Assembly: GCA_002353225.1 (NCBI GenBank)
Contig: DEJF01000025.1
Span: forward strand, 2,818 to 66,817
Origin: Prevotella sp. UBA2755
GTDB taxonomy: Bacteria > Bacteroidota > Bacteroidia > Bacteroidales > Bacteroidaceae
Length of the DNA: 64,000 nt
Direction of reading: 5' to 3'
Below, in pieces: positions 8,874 through 19,642 of the stretch (its first letter is position 1; each line of letters opens with the position of its first letter). The translations under genes were made by a program, and so were the position numbers. Under the pieces are notes generated by a model. The model was given only the letters and a program-made list of their open reading frames with translations, was not told the DNA's origin and did no database searches.

Positions 8874-10795
8874 AAAAGATATTGGTGAATATCGCCCGTT
8901 TCGTGGTCGCCCTGACCTTTATCCTATCAGGATTCGTGAAGGCAGTAGACCCAATGGGCACACAATACAAAATTGCCGATTATCTCGCGGCGATGCATGT
9001 TGGGGAGTATATCCCCGACTTCATCACGCTTATTGCGTCCGTTCTGTTGTCGGCTGCCGAGTTCTGGCTCGGCGTTTGTCTGTTATTTGCCATACGGCGT
9101 CGTGTAGTGACACGCATCATACTGATATGGCTGACGATTATGACACTGCTGACCCTATGGTTGGCTCTTGCCAATCCTATTAGTGACTGCGGTTGTTTTG
9201 GTGATGCTATTGTGCTCACCAATTGGCAGACTTTCTGGAAGAATGTCTTCTTGTTTGCCTGTGCTTTATTAATTGCACGGCATCCTTTGGAGATGATGCG
9301 CTTCATATCAAGGTCGAACCAATGGATTGTGATGAACTTCACAGCCTTGTTTATCCTCATTGTGGCAGGAGAGTCGCTCTACAAATTACCCTATTTCGAT
9401 TTCCGTCCTTACCACATCGGGACTGACCTGCGAAAAGGATGGAATCAGATGATGGAGGGTGAGGAGTCGCCATATACAGATCTCTTCATGGAACGTGAGG
9501 ACGGTACTGACATAACAGACTCATTACTTAATATAAAAGGGTATGTGTTCCTGTTGGTGTCTCCACATCTGGAACAGGCTGATGAGAGTCAGTTTGACAA
9601 GATTAACCTGTTGTTCGAATACACGCAAGAGAAAGGTTACCCATTATTCGGGCTGACAGCAAGCAGTGAGAAAGTCATCAACAGATGGAGAAATGGTACA
9701 GGAGCCGAATATGCATTTTGCATGACAGACGATATCGTTTTGAAGACGATGATCAGAAGCAATCCTGGTCTGATACTCCTGAAAGATGGTAAGATTATCC
9801 GTAAGTGGAGTAATAACGATCTTCCTGATGAGGACATCCTGTCCGATCGGTTGGAGAAAATAGAGATAGGACAGATGCCGGAGGACTCCATACCCCGGAA
9901 AGTCACGATGATTATTCTGTGGTATATATTACCACTCTTCGTACTGACGATTACTGACCGTCTTTGGGCATGGTCAAACTGGGTAAAGAAAAAGGAAAAG
10001 TCAAATAAGATATATCAAACTTTTAAACGTAAAGACATGAGAAAGAAAATTGTAGCAGGAAACTGGAAGATGAACCTGAACCTGCAAGAAGGTGTTGCTC
10101 TTGCAAAAGAGTTGAACGAGGCACTTGCTGCCGACAAACCTAACTGTGGTGTTGTAATCTGCACACCGTTTATTCACCTTGCCTCTGTGGCTCAAGTAAT
10201 CAACCAAGACATTATCGGACTTGGAGCAGAGAACTGCGCTGACAAAGAGAAGGGTGCCTTCACTGGTGAGGTGTCTGCAGAGATGGTGAAGAGTACTGGT
10301 GCACAGTATGTTATTCTGGGCCACTCAGAACGTCGTGAGTATTATAAAGAGACTCCTGAGATACTGAAGGAGAAAGTGCTGCTCGCACTGAAGAACGGTC
10401 TGAAGGTCATCTTCTGTATTGGTGAGACTCTAGAGGAACGTGAGGCTAACAAGCAAAACGAGGTGGTAAAGGCTGAGTTGGAAGGCAGTGTTTTCAACCT
10501 TAGCGAGGAAGACTTCCGAAAAATTGTGATTGCCTATGAGCCGATCTGGGCTATCGGTACAGGTAAGACCGCTACCGCAGAGCAGGCTGAGGAAATTCAC
10601 GCATATATCCGCTCTATCGTTGCTGACAAGTATGGAAAGGCTGTTGCTGAAGACACTAGCATCCTGTATGGTGGTAGTTGTAAGGCAAGCAATGCCCCTG
10701 AGTTGTTCGCAAAGCCCGACATCGACGGTGGTCTTATTGGTGGTGCATCTCTGAAATGCGCAGACTTTAAAGGAATCATTGACGCTTGGAAATAA
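8870..10795 (+). CDS. tpiA: BT_3928-family (DoxX/MauE-like) membrane protein fused in frame to triosephosphate isomerase
   Basis: N-terminal [12 protein letters not shown] and DCGCFGD; from ATG 10037 [34 protein letters not shown] and LIGGASL. No stop between the two parts. Confidence 0.9.
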   Translation: MKKILVNIARFVVALTFILSGFVKAVDPMGTQYKIADYLAAMHVGEYIPDFITLIASVLLSAAEFWLGVCLLFAIRRRVVTRIILIWLTIMTLLTLWLALANPISDCGCFGDAIVLTNWQTFWKNVFLFACALLIARHPLEMMRFISRSNQWIVMNFTALFILIVAGESLYKLPYFDFRPYHIGTDLRKGWNQMMEGEESPYTDLFMEREDGTDITDSLLNIKGYVFLLVSPHLEQADESQFDKINLLFEYTQEKGYPLFGLTASSEKVINRWRNGTGAEYAFCMTDDIVLKTMIRSNPGLILLKDGKIIRKWSNNDLPDEDILSDRLEKIEIGQMPEDSIPRKVTMIILWYILPLFVLTITDRLWAWSNWVKKKEKSNKIYQTFKRKDMRKKIVAGNWKMNLNLQEGVALAKELNEALAADKPNCGVVICTPFIHLASVAQVINQDIIGLGAENCADKEKGAFTGEVSAEMVKSTGAQYVILGHSERREYYKETPEILKEKVLLALKNGLKVIFCIGETLEEREANKQNEVVKAELEGSVFNLSEEDFRKIVIAYEPIWAIGTGKTATAEQAEEIHAYIRSIVADKYGKAVAEDTSILYGGSCKASNAPELFAKPDIDGGLIGGASLKCADFKGIIDAWK

Positions 10796-10800
10796 AACGC

Positions 10801-11415
10801 ATGATGCATATATCCTTTCATCGTAACAGATGGATTATCACATTTATACTGTGTGTTGGCATGTTGAACCATGCCAATGCACAGACTTATACTGAACGTG
10901 TTCAGAAGAAAGTGGACGGTAAGGGTACGGTGACGATTCATCAAAGCGAGGAAATTGACCAACTGGTGAACGACCCCAGTGCCACTGGAGTACCACAACA
11001 AACACAGAAGCCTAACGACAGCAAAAAGTTGTCGGAGCCTGTGAAGGACAACAGGCAACAGGCTAACGCCATAACTACAACTTCTCTCAATACCAATAAG
11101 GAAAATAAGGAAGAGGTAGAGCAACCTGTGGAGACAACAAAAAAAACCACCCAGAAAATTACAGGTTATCGTGTGCAGGCTTTTGCCGGTGGAAACTCTC
11201 GAAAGGACCGCCAAACTGCCGAACAGATACGTAACAATATCAAGGCACAAATTCCCAACGTCTCTGTTTACGTCCATTTCTACTCTCCACGTTGGATTTG
11301 CCGCGTAGGAAACTTCCGCACCTATGAGGAAGCCCATCAAATGATGGTAAGATTACAGAATATGGGCTATAAGCAGGCCTCCATTGTAAAAGGAAAAATA
11401 ACCGTATCATACTGA
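10801..11415 (+). CDS. SPOR-domain periplasmic protein
   Basis: Signal peptide, low-complexity linker, then GYRVQAFAG...[14 protein letters not shown]. Confidence 0.88.
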   Translation: MMHISFHRNRWIITFILCVGMLNHANAQTYTERVQKKVDGKGTVTIHQSEEIDQLVNDPSATGVPQQTQKPNDSKKLSEPVKDNRQQANAITTTSLNTNKENKEEVEQPVETTKKTTQKITGYRVQAFAGGNSRKDRQTAEQIRNNIKAQIPNVSVYVHFYSPRWICRVGNFRTYEEAHQMMVRLQNMGYKQASIVKGKITVSY

Positions 11416-12002
11416 TGAATCCAGAGACAGAATACAGAGAAGGACTGGAAGAACTAACCGCCCATTACAAAGATATCCTACGATTACTCGGTGAGGATAC
11501 TGAGCGGGAAGGGTTACTAAAGACACCTATGCGAGTAGCAAAAGCCATGCAGGTATTGACTCGCGGCTACGACATGGATGCCCATAAGGTTCTAACAGAC
11601 GCTCTCTTCAAAGAAGACTACAGTCAGATGGTCATCGTCAAAGACATCGACTTTTTCTCCCTTTGTGAGCATCACATGTTGCCTTTCTACGGAAAAGTAC
11701 ATGTTGCATATATCCCTAATGGCTATATCACAGGACTCTCTAAAATAGCCCGAGTAGTAGATATTTACTCTCATCGTCTGCAAGTACAAGAACGCATGAC
11801 GTTACAAATTAAGCAATGTATTGAGCAGACCCTCCATCCACTGGGGGTTATGGTAGTTATTGAGGCTCGTCACATGTGTATGCAGATGCGTGGTGTCGAG
11901 AAACAGAACTCTATTACAACAACCAGTGACTTCAGTGGTGCCTTCAACCAAGCCAAAACTAGGCAGGAATTTATGAATCTCATACATAATAAGCAACTTT
12001 AG
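11415..12002 (+). CDS. folE: GTP cyclohydrolase I
   Basis: [23 protein letters not shown] and HMCMQMRG motifs. Confidence 0.97.
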   Translation: MNPETEYREGLEELTAHYKDILRLLGEDTEREGLLKTPMRVAKAMQVLTRGYDMDAHKVLTDALFKEDYSQMVIVKDIDFFSLCEHHMLPFYGKVHVAYIPNGYITGLSKIARVVDIYSHRLQVQERMTLQIKQCIEQTLHPLGVMVVIEARHMCMQMRGVEKQNSITTTSDFSGAFNQAKTRQEFMNLIHNKQL

Positions 12003-12016
12003 AAAAACTTCAAAAC

Positions 12017-12589
12017 ATGGAACAAGACTCAAGAAATTCTTATAGGACAAAGCAATCTGTCGCAGAGGAGTTCTATCACAGTTGCCTCGGCAAGATTATT
12101 ATTCTCCTTGTCTTCTTATTCATCTTGTTCATCATTGCCGTTATGACCGTACCGTCTGATAAAAAGATGGAGACAGAGATGATGGACAATATCCGTGAGT
12201 GCATCCAGCAAAACGATAGTATCAAAGGGGATGCTATTGACGATGCAGTAGCCAACCTTGCTCGCATAGTCACAGAGGCTGATACCACGGTGAATGACAA
12301 AGAGGCAATGGAGGCTTTCCACAAATACAATAAGTTGGAAATCTATCGTCACTCCTTCTACTCCACCGCCCGTCTCCGCAACAACCTGAGTTCTGAGGGT
12401 ATCCGTGTGGGAGTAGGTATTTACAATATGGTGATTCCCACAATTCGTTATAGTGACATCATCTTGTTTGTGAGTACCATCAAGAATTACAATAAGGAAC
12501 GACTTATTGACCCGGTTCCACAAGATGATTATGTGGGAGAGAATCCTAATATCAAGGAATACCACTACCTCGGTGATCCCGACAACTAA
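12017..12589 (+). CDS. Hypothetical single-TM protein
   Basis: 190-aa ORF in operon order after folE, one N-terminal TM helix, followed by a terminator. Confidence 0.75.
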   Translation: MEQDSRNSYRTKQSVAEEFYHSCLGKIIILLVFLFILFIIAVMTVPSDKKMETEMMDNIRECIQQNDSIKGDAIDDAVANLARIVTEADTTVNDKEAMEAFHKYNKLEIYRHSFYSTARLRNNLSSEGIRVGVGIYNMVIPTIRYSDIILFVSTIKNYNKERLIDPVPQDDYVGENPNIKEYHYLGDPDN

Positions 12590-12603
12590 ACCAATAAACA
12601 TAA

Positions 12604-12641
12604 AAAAATGCTGACGACCACTAGTGGCTGTCAGCATTTTT
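12604..12641. terminator. Bidirectional intrinsic terminator
   Basis: AAAAATGCTGAC...GTCAGCATTTTT hairpin between the convergent operon and tRNA-Pro. Confidence 0.8.
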
Positions 12642-12648
12642 ATCTTTG

Positions 12649-12721
12649 TCGGGATTACTGGACTCGAACCAGCGACCTCGCGCCCCCCAGACGTGTGCGC
12701 TACCAACTGCGCTAAATCCCG
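12649..12721 (-). tRNA. tRNA-Pro (GGG)
   Basis: Reverse complement CGGGATTTAGCGCAGTTGGTAGCGCACACGTCTGGGGGGCGCGAGGTCGCTGGTTCGAGTCCAGTAATCCCGA folds as a cloverleaf; CCA not encoded. Confidence 0.95.
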
Positions 12722-12864
12722 ATAAGCGGATGCAAAGGTACGGCTTTATTTCTGGATTTGCAAATTTTTAACTGACTTTTTTGTTTATTATTTGCTTTTT
12801 ATTCTCACTTATACGAAATTTTCGTACCTTTGTAACGTTATTATATAAAATAAGGTACGCGAGA

Positions 12865-14127
12865 ATGACACAATATACAATTTCGGCTCCACAAAGTCTC
12901 CAACATACTGCTAAACTACCGGCATCCAAAAGTATTTCCAACAGGGCTTTGATTATCCATGCCTTGTCAGGAGGAACTATTCTCCCAGACAATTTGTCTA
13001 ACTGCGATGATACGGAAGTTATCATAGCCGCCTTAAAAGACAATCCTTATGAGATTAATATCAAGGCGGCAGGTACCGCCATGCGTTTCATGACAGCCTT
13101 CCTCGCTGTCAAGGACGGAGAGGAACACGTACTGACAGGAACTGAGCGCATGAAACACCGTCCTATCGGCATATTAGTTGACGCACTAAGATTTCTCGGT
13201 GCAGACATTGAATATGTAAACCATGAGGGATTTCCTCCACTCCGCATTCGTGGCAAACAACTCGAGGGAGGTTTATTGGAAGTACCTGGTAATATCAGTT
13301 CACAATATATCTCAGCCTTGTTAATGATCGGTCCTATACTAAGTAATGGATTGACATTACGACTGACTGGTGATATAATCTCACGTCCCTATATCGACTT
13401 GACACTCTGGACGATGCGGGAGTTTGGGGCTGATGCCGAATGGGGCGATTATGAGACAATCGTAGTTCATCCGCAACCCTACAAGAACCATCCCTATTAT
13501 ATTGAAAACGACTGGAGCAGCGCTTCCTACTGGTATGAAATGGTAGCGCTGTCAAAAGACCAAGAGGCAACTGTTCATTTAGAGGGACTGATGGATGGTT
13601 CCAAACAAGGAGATTCTTCACTACGCTATATTTTCAGTCTATTAGGGGTGAAAAGTACATTTAAGACTAAAAAACAGGGGGTACCGACGACTGTCACCAT
13701 TCAACAATCGAGGCATTGTGTACCTCGTCTGGAATATGATTTCGTCAACTCTCCCGACCTTGCCCAGACCTTCGTAGTCACCTGTGCCTTATTAAATGTC
13801 CCTTTCCACTTCCGTGGACTATCTACCCTCAAGATCAAAGAGACTGACCGCATTGAGGCGCTCAAAAAAGAAATGCGAAAACTGGGTTATGTCATCAAGG
13901 ATATAAACGAAAGTGAATTGCTATGGGACGGAGAACGCTGTGAGCCTGACCTGAAAAGTGGTATTGACACCTATGAAGATCACCGTATGGCACTTGCCTT
14001 CGCTCCTGCCGCATTTCACTTTGATGCACTGCGCATCAACAACCCTCAGGTTGTGACGAAATCCTATCCTAATTACTGGGATGATCTAAAGAACTCCCAT
14101 TTCTCCATTCTCAACTCTCAGATTTAG
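12865..14127 (+). CDS. aroA: 3-phosphoshikimate 1-carboxyvinyltransferase
   Basis: PASKSISNR, AGTAMRF, SSQYISALL, KETDR, DHRMA and KSYP motifs. Confidence 0.96.
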   Translation: MTQYTISAPQSLQHTAKLPASKSISNRALIIHALSGGTILPDNLSNCDDTEVIIAALKDNPYEINIKAAGTAMRFMTAFLAVKDGEEHVLTGTERMKHRPIGILVDALRFLGADIEYVNHEGFPPLRIRGKQLEGGLLEVPGNISSQYISALLMIGPILSNGLTLRLTGDIISRPYIDLTLWTMREFGADAEWGDYETIVVHPQPYKNHPYYIENDWSSASYWYEMVALSKDQEATVHLEGLMDGSKQGDSSLRYIFSLLGVKSTFKTKKQGVPTTVTIQQSRHCVPRLEYDFVNSPDLAQTFVVTCALLNVPFHFRGLSTLKIKETDRIEALKKEMRKLGYVIKDINESELLWDGERCEPDLKSGIDTYEDHRMALAFAPAAFHFDALRINNPQVVTKSYPNYWDDLKNSHFSILNSQI

Positions 14128-14129
14128 CC

Positions 14130-17100
14130 GTGAGTTTTGCCTTAATCGTCATCGGATCACTTGTCGCTCTCGGCATCATCGCTGCTCTTCTTTCAAAGGG
14201 TAGTGATGATGAGCCTATCGTACAGAATGACGGGGACTGCGGATCATGCAGCAGTCGTGCAAACTGTAAACTGGCTGATCTGAAAGAGGAGGGAAAAAAG
14301 AGGAAGGAAGAGAGATGCCATACTACTGTTGTGATATTATTCTTGATCTTAGCACTGACAGGATGTTCAACTAAAAAGAATACTGCGACAACTCGTTGGT
14401 GGCATTCCTTTAACGCACGCTACAACACCTATTTCAATGGTTCTCAAGCATTCATCGAGGGCCATCTGGAAAAAGAGAACGGTAATCACGACGACCACAC
14501 GCAGTTGATTCCGCTTTATATGGTCGCCAACAAGAACAGTAAGGATCTTGGAAAAGGGCAGTTCGACCGTGCCATTGAGAAATCTGAAAAGGCAATTCGA
14601 CGACATAGCATCAAATCCCGCCCTGTATGGAAAAAGACCAGGCGTAAAACCCAAAAGGACATTGAATGGCTGACGCGAAGGGAATATAATCCCTTCCTTT
14701 GGCGTGCATGGCTTCTACTCGGAAAATCACAATTCCAAAAAGGTGAGTTCGAAGAGGCGGCAGCCACCTTCGGTTATATGGCTCGTCTTTATCAGACACA
14801 ACCTGTCATCCTTGCAAGGGCAAGGGCATGGCAGGCGAAATGCTATGCGGAGATGAACTGGTTATATGAGGCAGAGGACCTCATCACGAAACAACGTCGT
14901 GACTCTATTCCCTATCGGGCAGCCGCAGATTGGGACTATACCCTTGCCGACTATCATATCCGCAGTGAGCACTGGCCAGAGGCTGTCACCTATCTACGTA
15001 AGGCTATCCGCCATGAACGCAGAAAGAAGCAACGAGCCCGTATGTGGTTCCTGATGGGACAAATAGAGACCCTTCAAGGTCATCGTCAGCAAGCATACGA
15101 TGCCTATAAACACGTCATCCGTCTCAGTCCTCCTTATGAGTTGGAGTTCAATGCCCGCATAGCACAGAGTGAGGTCATGGCGGCTACTGATGCACGTAAT
15201 ACGATTAAACGTCTGCGCCGCATGGCTTCCTCCGACAATAACAAGGACTATCTTGACCAGGTTTACTATGCCATCGGTAATATTTACCTGACACAACGTG
15301 ACACCCTCAATGCCATTGCCGCCTATGAGAAAGGTAATGAAAAGGCGACACGAGGAGGAACAGAAAAAGGTGTCCTGCTCTGGCAATTAGGTAATCTATA
15401 CTGGCAACAAGAGAAATATAGTGACGCGAGACGCTGTTACGGGGAAGCCATTGGATTACTCGACCAGGACCGTCCTGGTTATAAGGAACTGGCTCAACGC
15501 TCTAAGGTGCTTGATGAACTGGTACCTTATACGGAGGCTATCCATTTGCAGGACTCACTACAGCAATTAGCGAATATGCCAGAGGAAGAGCGTAACAAGG
15601 CTATTGACCGTGTCATCCAAGAACTTATCAAGAAAGAGAAAGAGGAAAAACGAAAGCAACAAGAAGCAGAAGCAGAACTGCAATCACAGCAAAACGGAGG
15701 TAACAACCTTCCACAGAGCCAGACACAGCAAGTCAACCGTCCTACCACTCCCACCTCTCAACAAAGCAACATCTGGTATTTCTATAATCCACAAGCGGTC
15801 AGTCAAGGAAAACAGCGTTTCGAACAGCAGTGGGGCAAGCGTCCTAATGCCGACAACTGGCAGCGATCCAATCTTACCGTTGTGAAATTAGACAATGACG
15901 AACAACAAGAGAATGAAATAGAAGGTGAAGATCATACAGAAAGCACTGACTCGACAACAACAGCGGAACCGACGGACAGTGTTGCCTCAGAGAATAATGA
16001 CCCACACACCCGAGAGTATTATCTTGCACAAATTCCGTTTACAGAGGAACAGAAACAAGCCAGTGATGCCATCATCATGGAGTCATTGCTCCATGCAGGT
16101 ATCATCCTCAAGGACAAGTTAGACAACCTGACACTTAGCCACCGTATGCTCTACCGACTCGTCAATCAATACCCAGATTATGAGCAAAATGACGAGGCTT
16201 GGTACCATCTCTATCTTATCTATGCCCGACAAGGGAAATGGGCTGAGGCAGAGATGGCACTCGCTAACATGAAAGAGCGTCATGCAGAGAGCAAATGGAC
16301 CATTCTGCTCTCCGATCCCTATTATGCGGAGAACCAACGTTTCGGAAAACATATAGAAGACTCACTATATGCCGCCACCTACAACGCCTTCCGAGAAGAG
16401 CGTTATCAGGAGGTGAATACGAATGTAAGACTTTCTGCAGAACGATTCCCTAATGGCCAGAACCGTGCTAAGTTCCTATTTATTGAGGGACTGAGCCTGT
16501 TGAACAACCAACAGGCAGACAGTTGTTTGGCAAGGATGCGCCAGATTGTGGAACAATATCCTGAAAGTGAGGTCAGTGAGATGGCAGGTCAAATCGTGAA
16601 AGGTGTGCAACAGGGAAGACGATTGCAGGGCAATCGCATGACTGCAGATGACATCTGGGGGCAACGACAAAGTATGAATCTCGCTGATTCCTCTATGATT
16701 GACACACTCAGTACACAGCGAGACACCCGTTACACCTTCATCCTCGCCTACTCTCCTGACAGTTTAGACCAGAACCAGTTATTGTATGATATTGCAAAAT
16801 ACAATTTCACGAGTTACCTCGTTCGTAATTTCGATATCAACATCGATACTGACGGGCCTATCAGCCGCATGATGGTCAGCGGTTTCCGCAGTTATGACGA
16901 GGCACTGCAATATGCCCGACAACTCTCCGCCAACCTACAAATGGGCGAGCGGTTGGCTGGTTGCCGACGTATCATCATCAGTGACCAAAACCTACCACTA
17001 TTAGGTACAGCATTCAGTTACGATGACTACGACATTTTCTATCAAGAGGAACTGGCGCCCGTAGAGGTTTCAAAGCAACAACTGCTGACACAACCAGACA

Positions 17101-17231
17101 CCATCGTAGAGGAACCAGACGAAGAAGATACACCACAACAAGAACAGAACGGGGACGATGACCTGTTCCCACCCAATGAGATACAACAAAACACAGAGAC
17201 CATCGACTTCGATGATGATTTCTATTATTAA
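14130..17231 (+). CDS. porW: TPR lipoprotein, T9SS component PorW/SprE-like, with N-terminal Cys-rich extension
   Basis: GCSTKKNT...WHSFNARYNTYFNG and WYFYNP...F..QWGKRPNADNWQRS signatures; multiple TPRs; adjacent to porX. Confidence 0.8.
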   Translation: MSFALIVIGSLVALGIIAALLSKGSDDEPIVQNDGDCGSCSSRANCKLADLKEEGKKRKEERCHTTVVILFLILALTGCSTKKNTATTRWWHSFNARYNTYFNGSQAFIEGHLEKENGNHDDHTQLIPLYMVANKNSKDLGKGQFDRAIEKSEKAIRRHSIKSRPVWKKTRRKTQKDIEWLTRREYNPFLWRAWLLLGKSQFQKGEFEEAAATFGYMARLYQTQPVILARARAWQAKCYAEMNWLYEAEDLITKQRRDSIPYRAAADWDYTLADYHIRSEHWPEAVTYLRKAIRHERRKKQRARMWFLMGQIETLQGHRQQAYDAYKHVIRLSPPYELEFNARIAQSEVMAATDARNTIKRLRRMASSDNNKDYLDQVYYAIGNIYLTQRDTLNAIAAYEKGNEKATRGGTEKGVLLWQLGNLYWQQEKYSDARRCYGEAIGLLDQDRPGYKELAQRSKVLDELVPYTEAIHLQDSLQQLANMPEEERNKAIDRVIQELIKKEKEEKRKQQEAEAELQSQQNGGNNLPQSQTQQVNRPTTPTSQQSNIWYFYNPQAVSQGKQRFEQQWGKRPNADNWQRSNLTVVKLDNDEQQENEIEGEDHTESTDSTTTAEPTDSVASENNDPHTREYYLAQIPFTEEQKQASDAIIMESLLHAGIILKDKLDNLTLSHRMLYRLVNQYPDYEQNDEAWYHLYLIYARQGKWAEAEMALANMKERHAESKWTILLSDPYYAENQRFGKHIEDSLYAATYNAFREERYQEVNTNVRLSAERFPNGQNRAKFLFIEGLSLLNNQQADSCLARMRQIVEQYPESEVSEMAGQIVKGVQQGRRLQGNRMTADDIWGQRQSMNLADSSMIDTLSTQRDTRYTFILAYSPDSLDQNQLLYDIAKYNFTSYLVRNFDINIDTDGPISRMMVSGFRSYDEALQYARQLSANLQMGERLAGCRRIIISDQNLPLLGTAFSYDDYDIFYQEELAPVEVSKQQLLTQPDTIVEEPDEEDTPQQEQNGDDDLFPPNEIQQNTETIDFDDDFYY

Positions 17232-17246
17232 TAATAAAAGAAAACG

Positions 17247-18788
17247 ATGACAAACGGATTATTACTTTGGGCTGACGATGAGATGGAACTGCTCCGTCCA
17301 CACCTCCTTTTTCTTGAGAAGAAAGGATACGAGGTTGTGACTGTCACCAATGGCATTGATGCCATTGAAGAGTGCCGTCAACACACTTTCGACTTGGTCT
17401 TACTTGATGAGATGATGCCTGGACTCACAGGACTGGAGACCCTTCAGCGCATCAAAGAACTACAACCTACCGTCCCTGTTGTCATGGTAACCAAAAGCGA
17501 GGAGGAAGATATTATGAACCAAGCAGTGGGTCAGAACATTGCCGACTACCTTATCAAGCCTGTCAACCCCAACCAGATACTGTTAACACTCAAGAAGTTC
17601 ATCCATAAGCGCGAGATTGTTGCCGAAGTGACCCAGACAGCATACCAGCAGCAATTCCAGCAACTAAGCATGCAGATGATGGACTGCAGGACATGGGATG
17701 ACTGGACGGAGATGTACCGCCAACTTGTCAGATGGGAACTGCAACTTTCTGCCACCGACTCCGCAATGGGTGATATGCTACGGATGCAGAAAGAAGAGGC
17801 GAATATCGGTTTTGCCAAGTTCGTCAAGAAGAACTATCTGTCATGGCTGGAGAAACGTGAGATGATGATGAGTCCTGATATCTTCAAGCAGAAAGTCTTT
17901 CCCACCCTCTCTGCAGGCAACAAAGTATTCCTGATAGTACTCGACAACTTCCGCTATGACCAATGGAAGACCATCGAGGGAGAACTTTCCGACTTTGAGA
18001 TTGACGAGCAACTCTATTGCAGTATTCTGCCTACTGCGACACAATATGCCCGCAATGCCATTTTCTCAGGACTGATGCCCGACCAGATAGCACGTATGTT
18101 CCCAGACCTCTGGGTCGACGAGGATGAGGAGGAAGGCAAAAACCTCAATGAGGCGCCCCTTATCCAGACACAGATAGACCGCTACAGACGCCATAATACG
18201 TTCTCCTACAACAAGATTAATACAACCGAAGACGCAGAGCGTTATATGAATCAGTTCGCATCATTAGGGAAAAACGACCTGAACGTATTAGTCATCAACT
18301 TCATTGATATGCTGTCACATGCAAGGACAGAGTCAAAGATGGTGCGCGAACTTGCCCATGATGAAGCGGCATACCGCTCGCTGACCCTCTCATGGTTTCG
18401 ACATTCTATCATGTCACAATTACTACGTCAATTAGCACAGACAGATTGTCAGGTGATTATAACGACCGACCACGGGTCAATACGCACGAACTCTCCCGTC
18501 AAGATTGTCGGTGACCGTAACACCAACACTAACTTGCGTTATAAGTTAGGTAAGAACCTTGCCTATTCCGACAAAGACCTTTTTGTCATCAAAGAGCCGC
18601 AGAAGGCATTCCTGCCCTCTCCCAACCTCTCGACAAGTTATGTGTTTGCCACTGGCGACCAATTCTTCGCCTATCCTAATAACTACAACTACTATGTCAC
18701 CTACTATCGGAATACCTTCCAGCATGGTGGAATCTCGATGGAGGAGATGATGATACCGTTTATCACATTAAAAGGAAAAAACAGATAA
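17247..18788 (+). CDS. porX: PorX response regulator (REC + PglZ/alkaline-phosphatase-like domain)
   Basis: LLWADDE...LLDEMMPG REC domain; DNFRYDQW, SILPTATQYARN, TTDHG and FQHGGISMEEM; upstream of tsaE. Confidence 0.93.
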   Translation: MTNGLLLWADDEMELLRPHLLFLEKKGYEVVTVTNGIDAIEECRQHTFDLVLLDEMMPGLTGLETLQRIKELQPTVPVVMVTKSEEEDIMNQAVGQNIADYLIKPVNPNQILLTLKKFIHKREIVAEVTQTAYQQQFQQLSMQMMDCRTWDDWTEMYRQLVRWELQLSATDSAMGDMLRMQKEEANIGFAKFVKKNYLSWLEKREMMMSPDIFKQKVFPTLSAGNKVFLIVLDNFRYDQWKTIEGELSDFEIDEQLYCSILPTATQYARNAIFSGLMPDQIARMFPDLWVDEDEEEGKNLNEAPLIQTQIDRYRRHNTFSYNKINTTEDAERYMNQFASLGKNDLNVLVINFIDMLSHARTESKMVRELAHDEAAYRSLTLSWFRHSIMSQLLRQLAQTDCQVIITTDHGSIRTNSPVKIVGDRNTNTNLRYKLGKNLAYSDKDLFVIKEPQKAFLPSPNLSTSYVFATGDQFFAYPNNYNYYVTYYRNTFQHGGISMEEMMIPFITLKGKNR

Positions 18789-18790
18789 TC

Positions 18791-19234
18791 ATGGAAATCA
18801 GAATACAAAGTTTAGACACTATCAGTGAGTCAGCCCGTAAGTTTATCCAGTATATCGGTGAGGCGCGTGTGTTTGCTTTCTACGGAAAGATGGGTGCTGG
18901 CAAGACCACTTTCGTCAAGGCATTATGTGAGGAGTTAGGAAGCACGGACGTGATTACCAGCCCCACCTTCTCCATTGTCAATGAGTATGGGATTTCCTAT
19001 AACAAAAAGTCCCCCCTCAGCAGGGAGGATTTAGGAGAATCTATTTACCACTTCGACTTCTACCGCATCAAAAAACTGGAGGAAGTATATGATATGGGGT
19101 ATGAGGAATACTTCTATAGCGGAGCGCTCTGTCTGATAGAATGGCCCGAACTGATAGAGGACATCTTACCAGAGGATGCCGTAAGAGTGACGATTGAGGA
19201 GCAAACAGACGGAAGCCGGTTGGTGACATGGTAA
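18791..19234 (+). CDS. tsaE: tRNA threonylcarbamoyladenosine biosynthesis ATPase
   Basis: GKMGAGKTT, SPTF, HFDFYR and IEWPE motifs. Confidence 0.96.
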   Translation: MEIRIQSLDTISESARKFIQYIGEARVFAFYGKMGAGKTTFVKALCEELGSTDVITSPTFSIVNEYGISYNKKSPLSREDLGESIYHFDFYRIKKLEEVYDMGYEEYFYSGALCLIEWPELIEDILPEDAVRVTIEEQTDGSRLVTW

Positions 19235-19272
19235 TATAAAAGGCGAGGTTGAGATCTCGCCTTTTATATTAC
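19231..19272. terminator. Bidirectional terminator overlapping both stop codons
   Basis: Perfect 17-bp inverted repeat GTAATATAAAAGGCGAG / CTCGCCTTTTATATTAC. Confidence 0.85.
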
Positions 19273-19583
19273 AACAAAACCTCGAATTTCTCTTTAATCT
19301 TTGCCTTTGGCTGGGCACCGACAACTTTCTCAATCAGTTGACCATCCCTAAAGAACAGAATCGTAGGAATATTACGGATACCGAACTCTACGGCAAGTTC
19401 CTCATTTTCCTCTACGTCGCATTTGCCAACAACAATCTTACCGTCATACTCTTCGGCAAGTTCAGAGATGACCGGCCCTACCATTCGACAGGGTCCACAC
19501 CATGTTGCCCAGAAATCAACTACTAATGGCTTATCGCCATTCTTCAGGCTCTCGAAATTTTCAGATGTGATAGTTACTTCCAT
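19269..19583 (-). CDS. trxA: Thioredoxin
   Basis: DFWATWCGPC motif; 104 aa. Confidence 0.97.
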   Translation of the reverse strand: MEVTITSENFESLKNGDKPLVVDFWATWCGPCRMVGPVISELAEEYDGKIVVGKCDVEENEELAVEFGIRNIPTILFFRDGQLIEKVVGAQPKAKIKEKFEVLL

Positions 19584-19642
19584 TGTCTGATTACTTTAAA
19601 TTATTAATAATGTATATGATTACTCTTGCAAAAAGTATGCCA

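Noticed and set aside
12649-12721. A28-C42 mismatch in the tRNA-Pro anticodon stem
   Set aside because: A single mismatch in an otherwise canonical tRNA; cannot distinguish a tolerated variant from a sequencing error.
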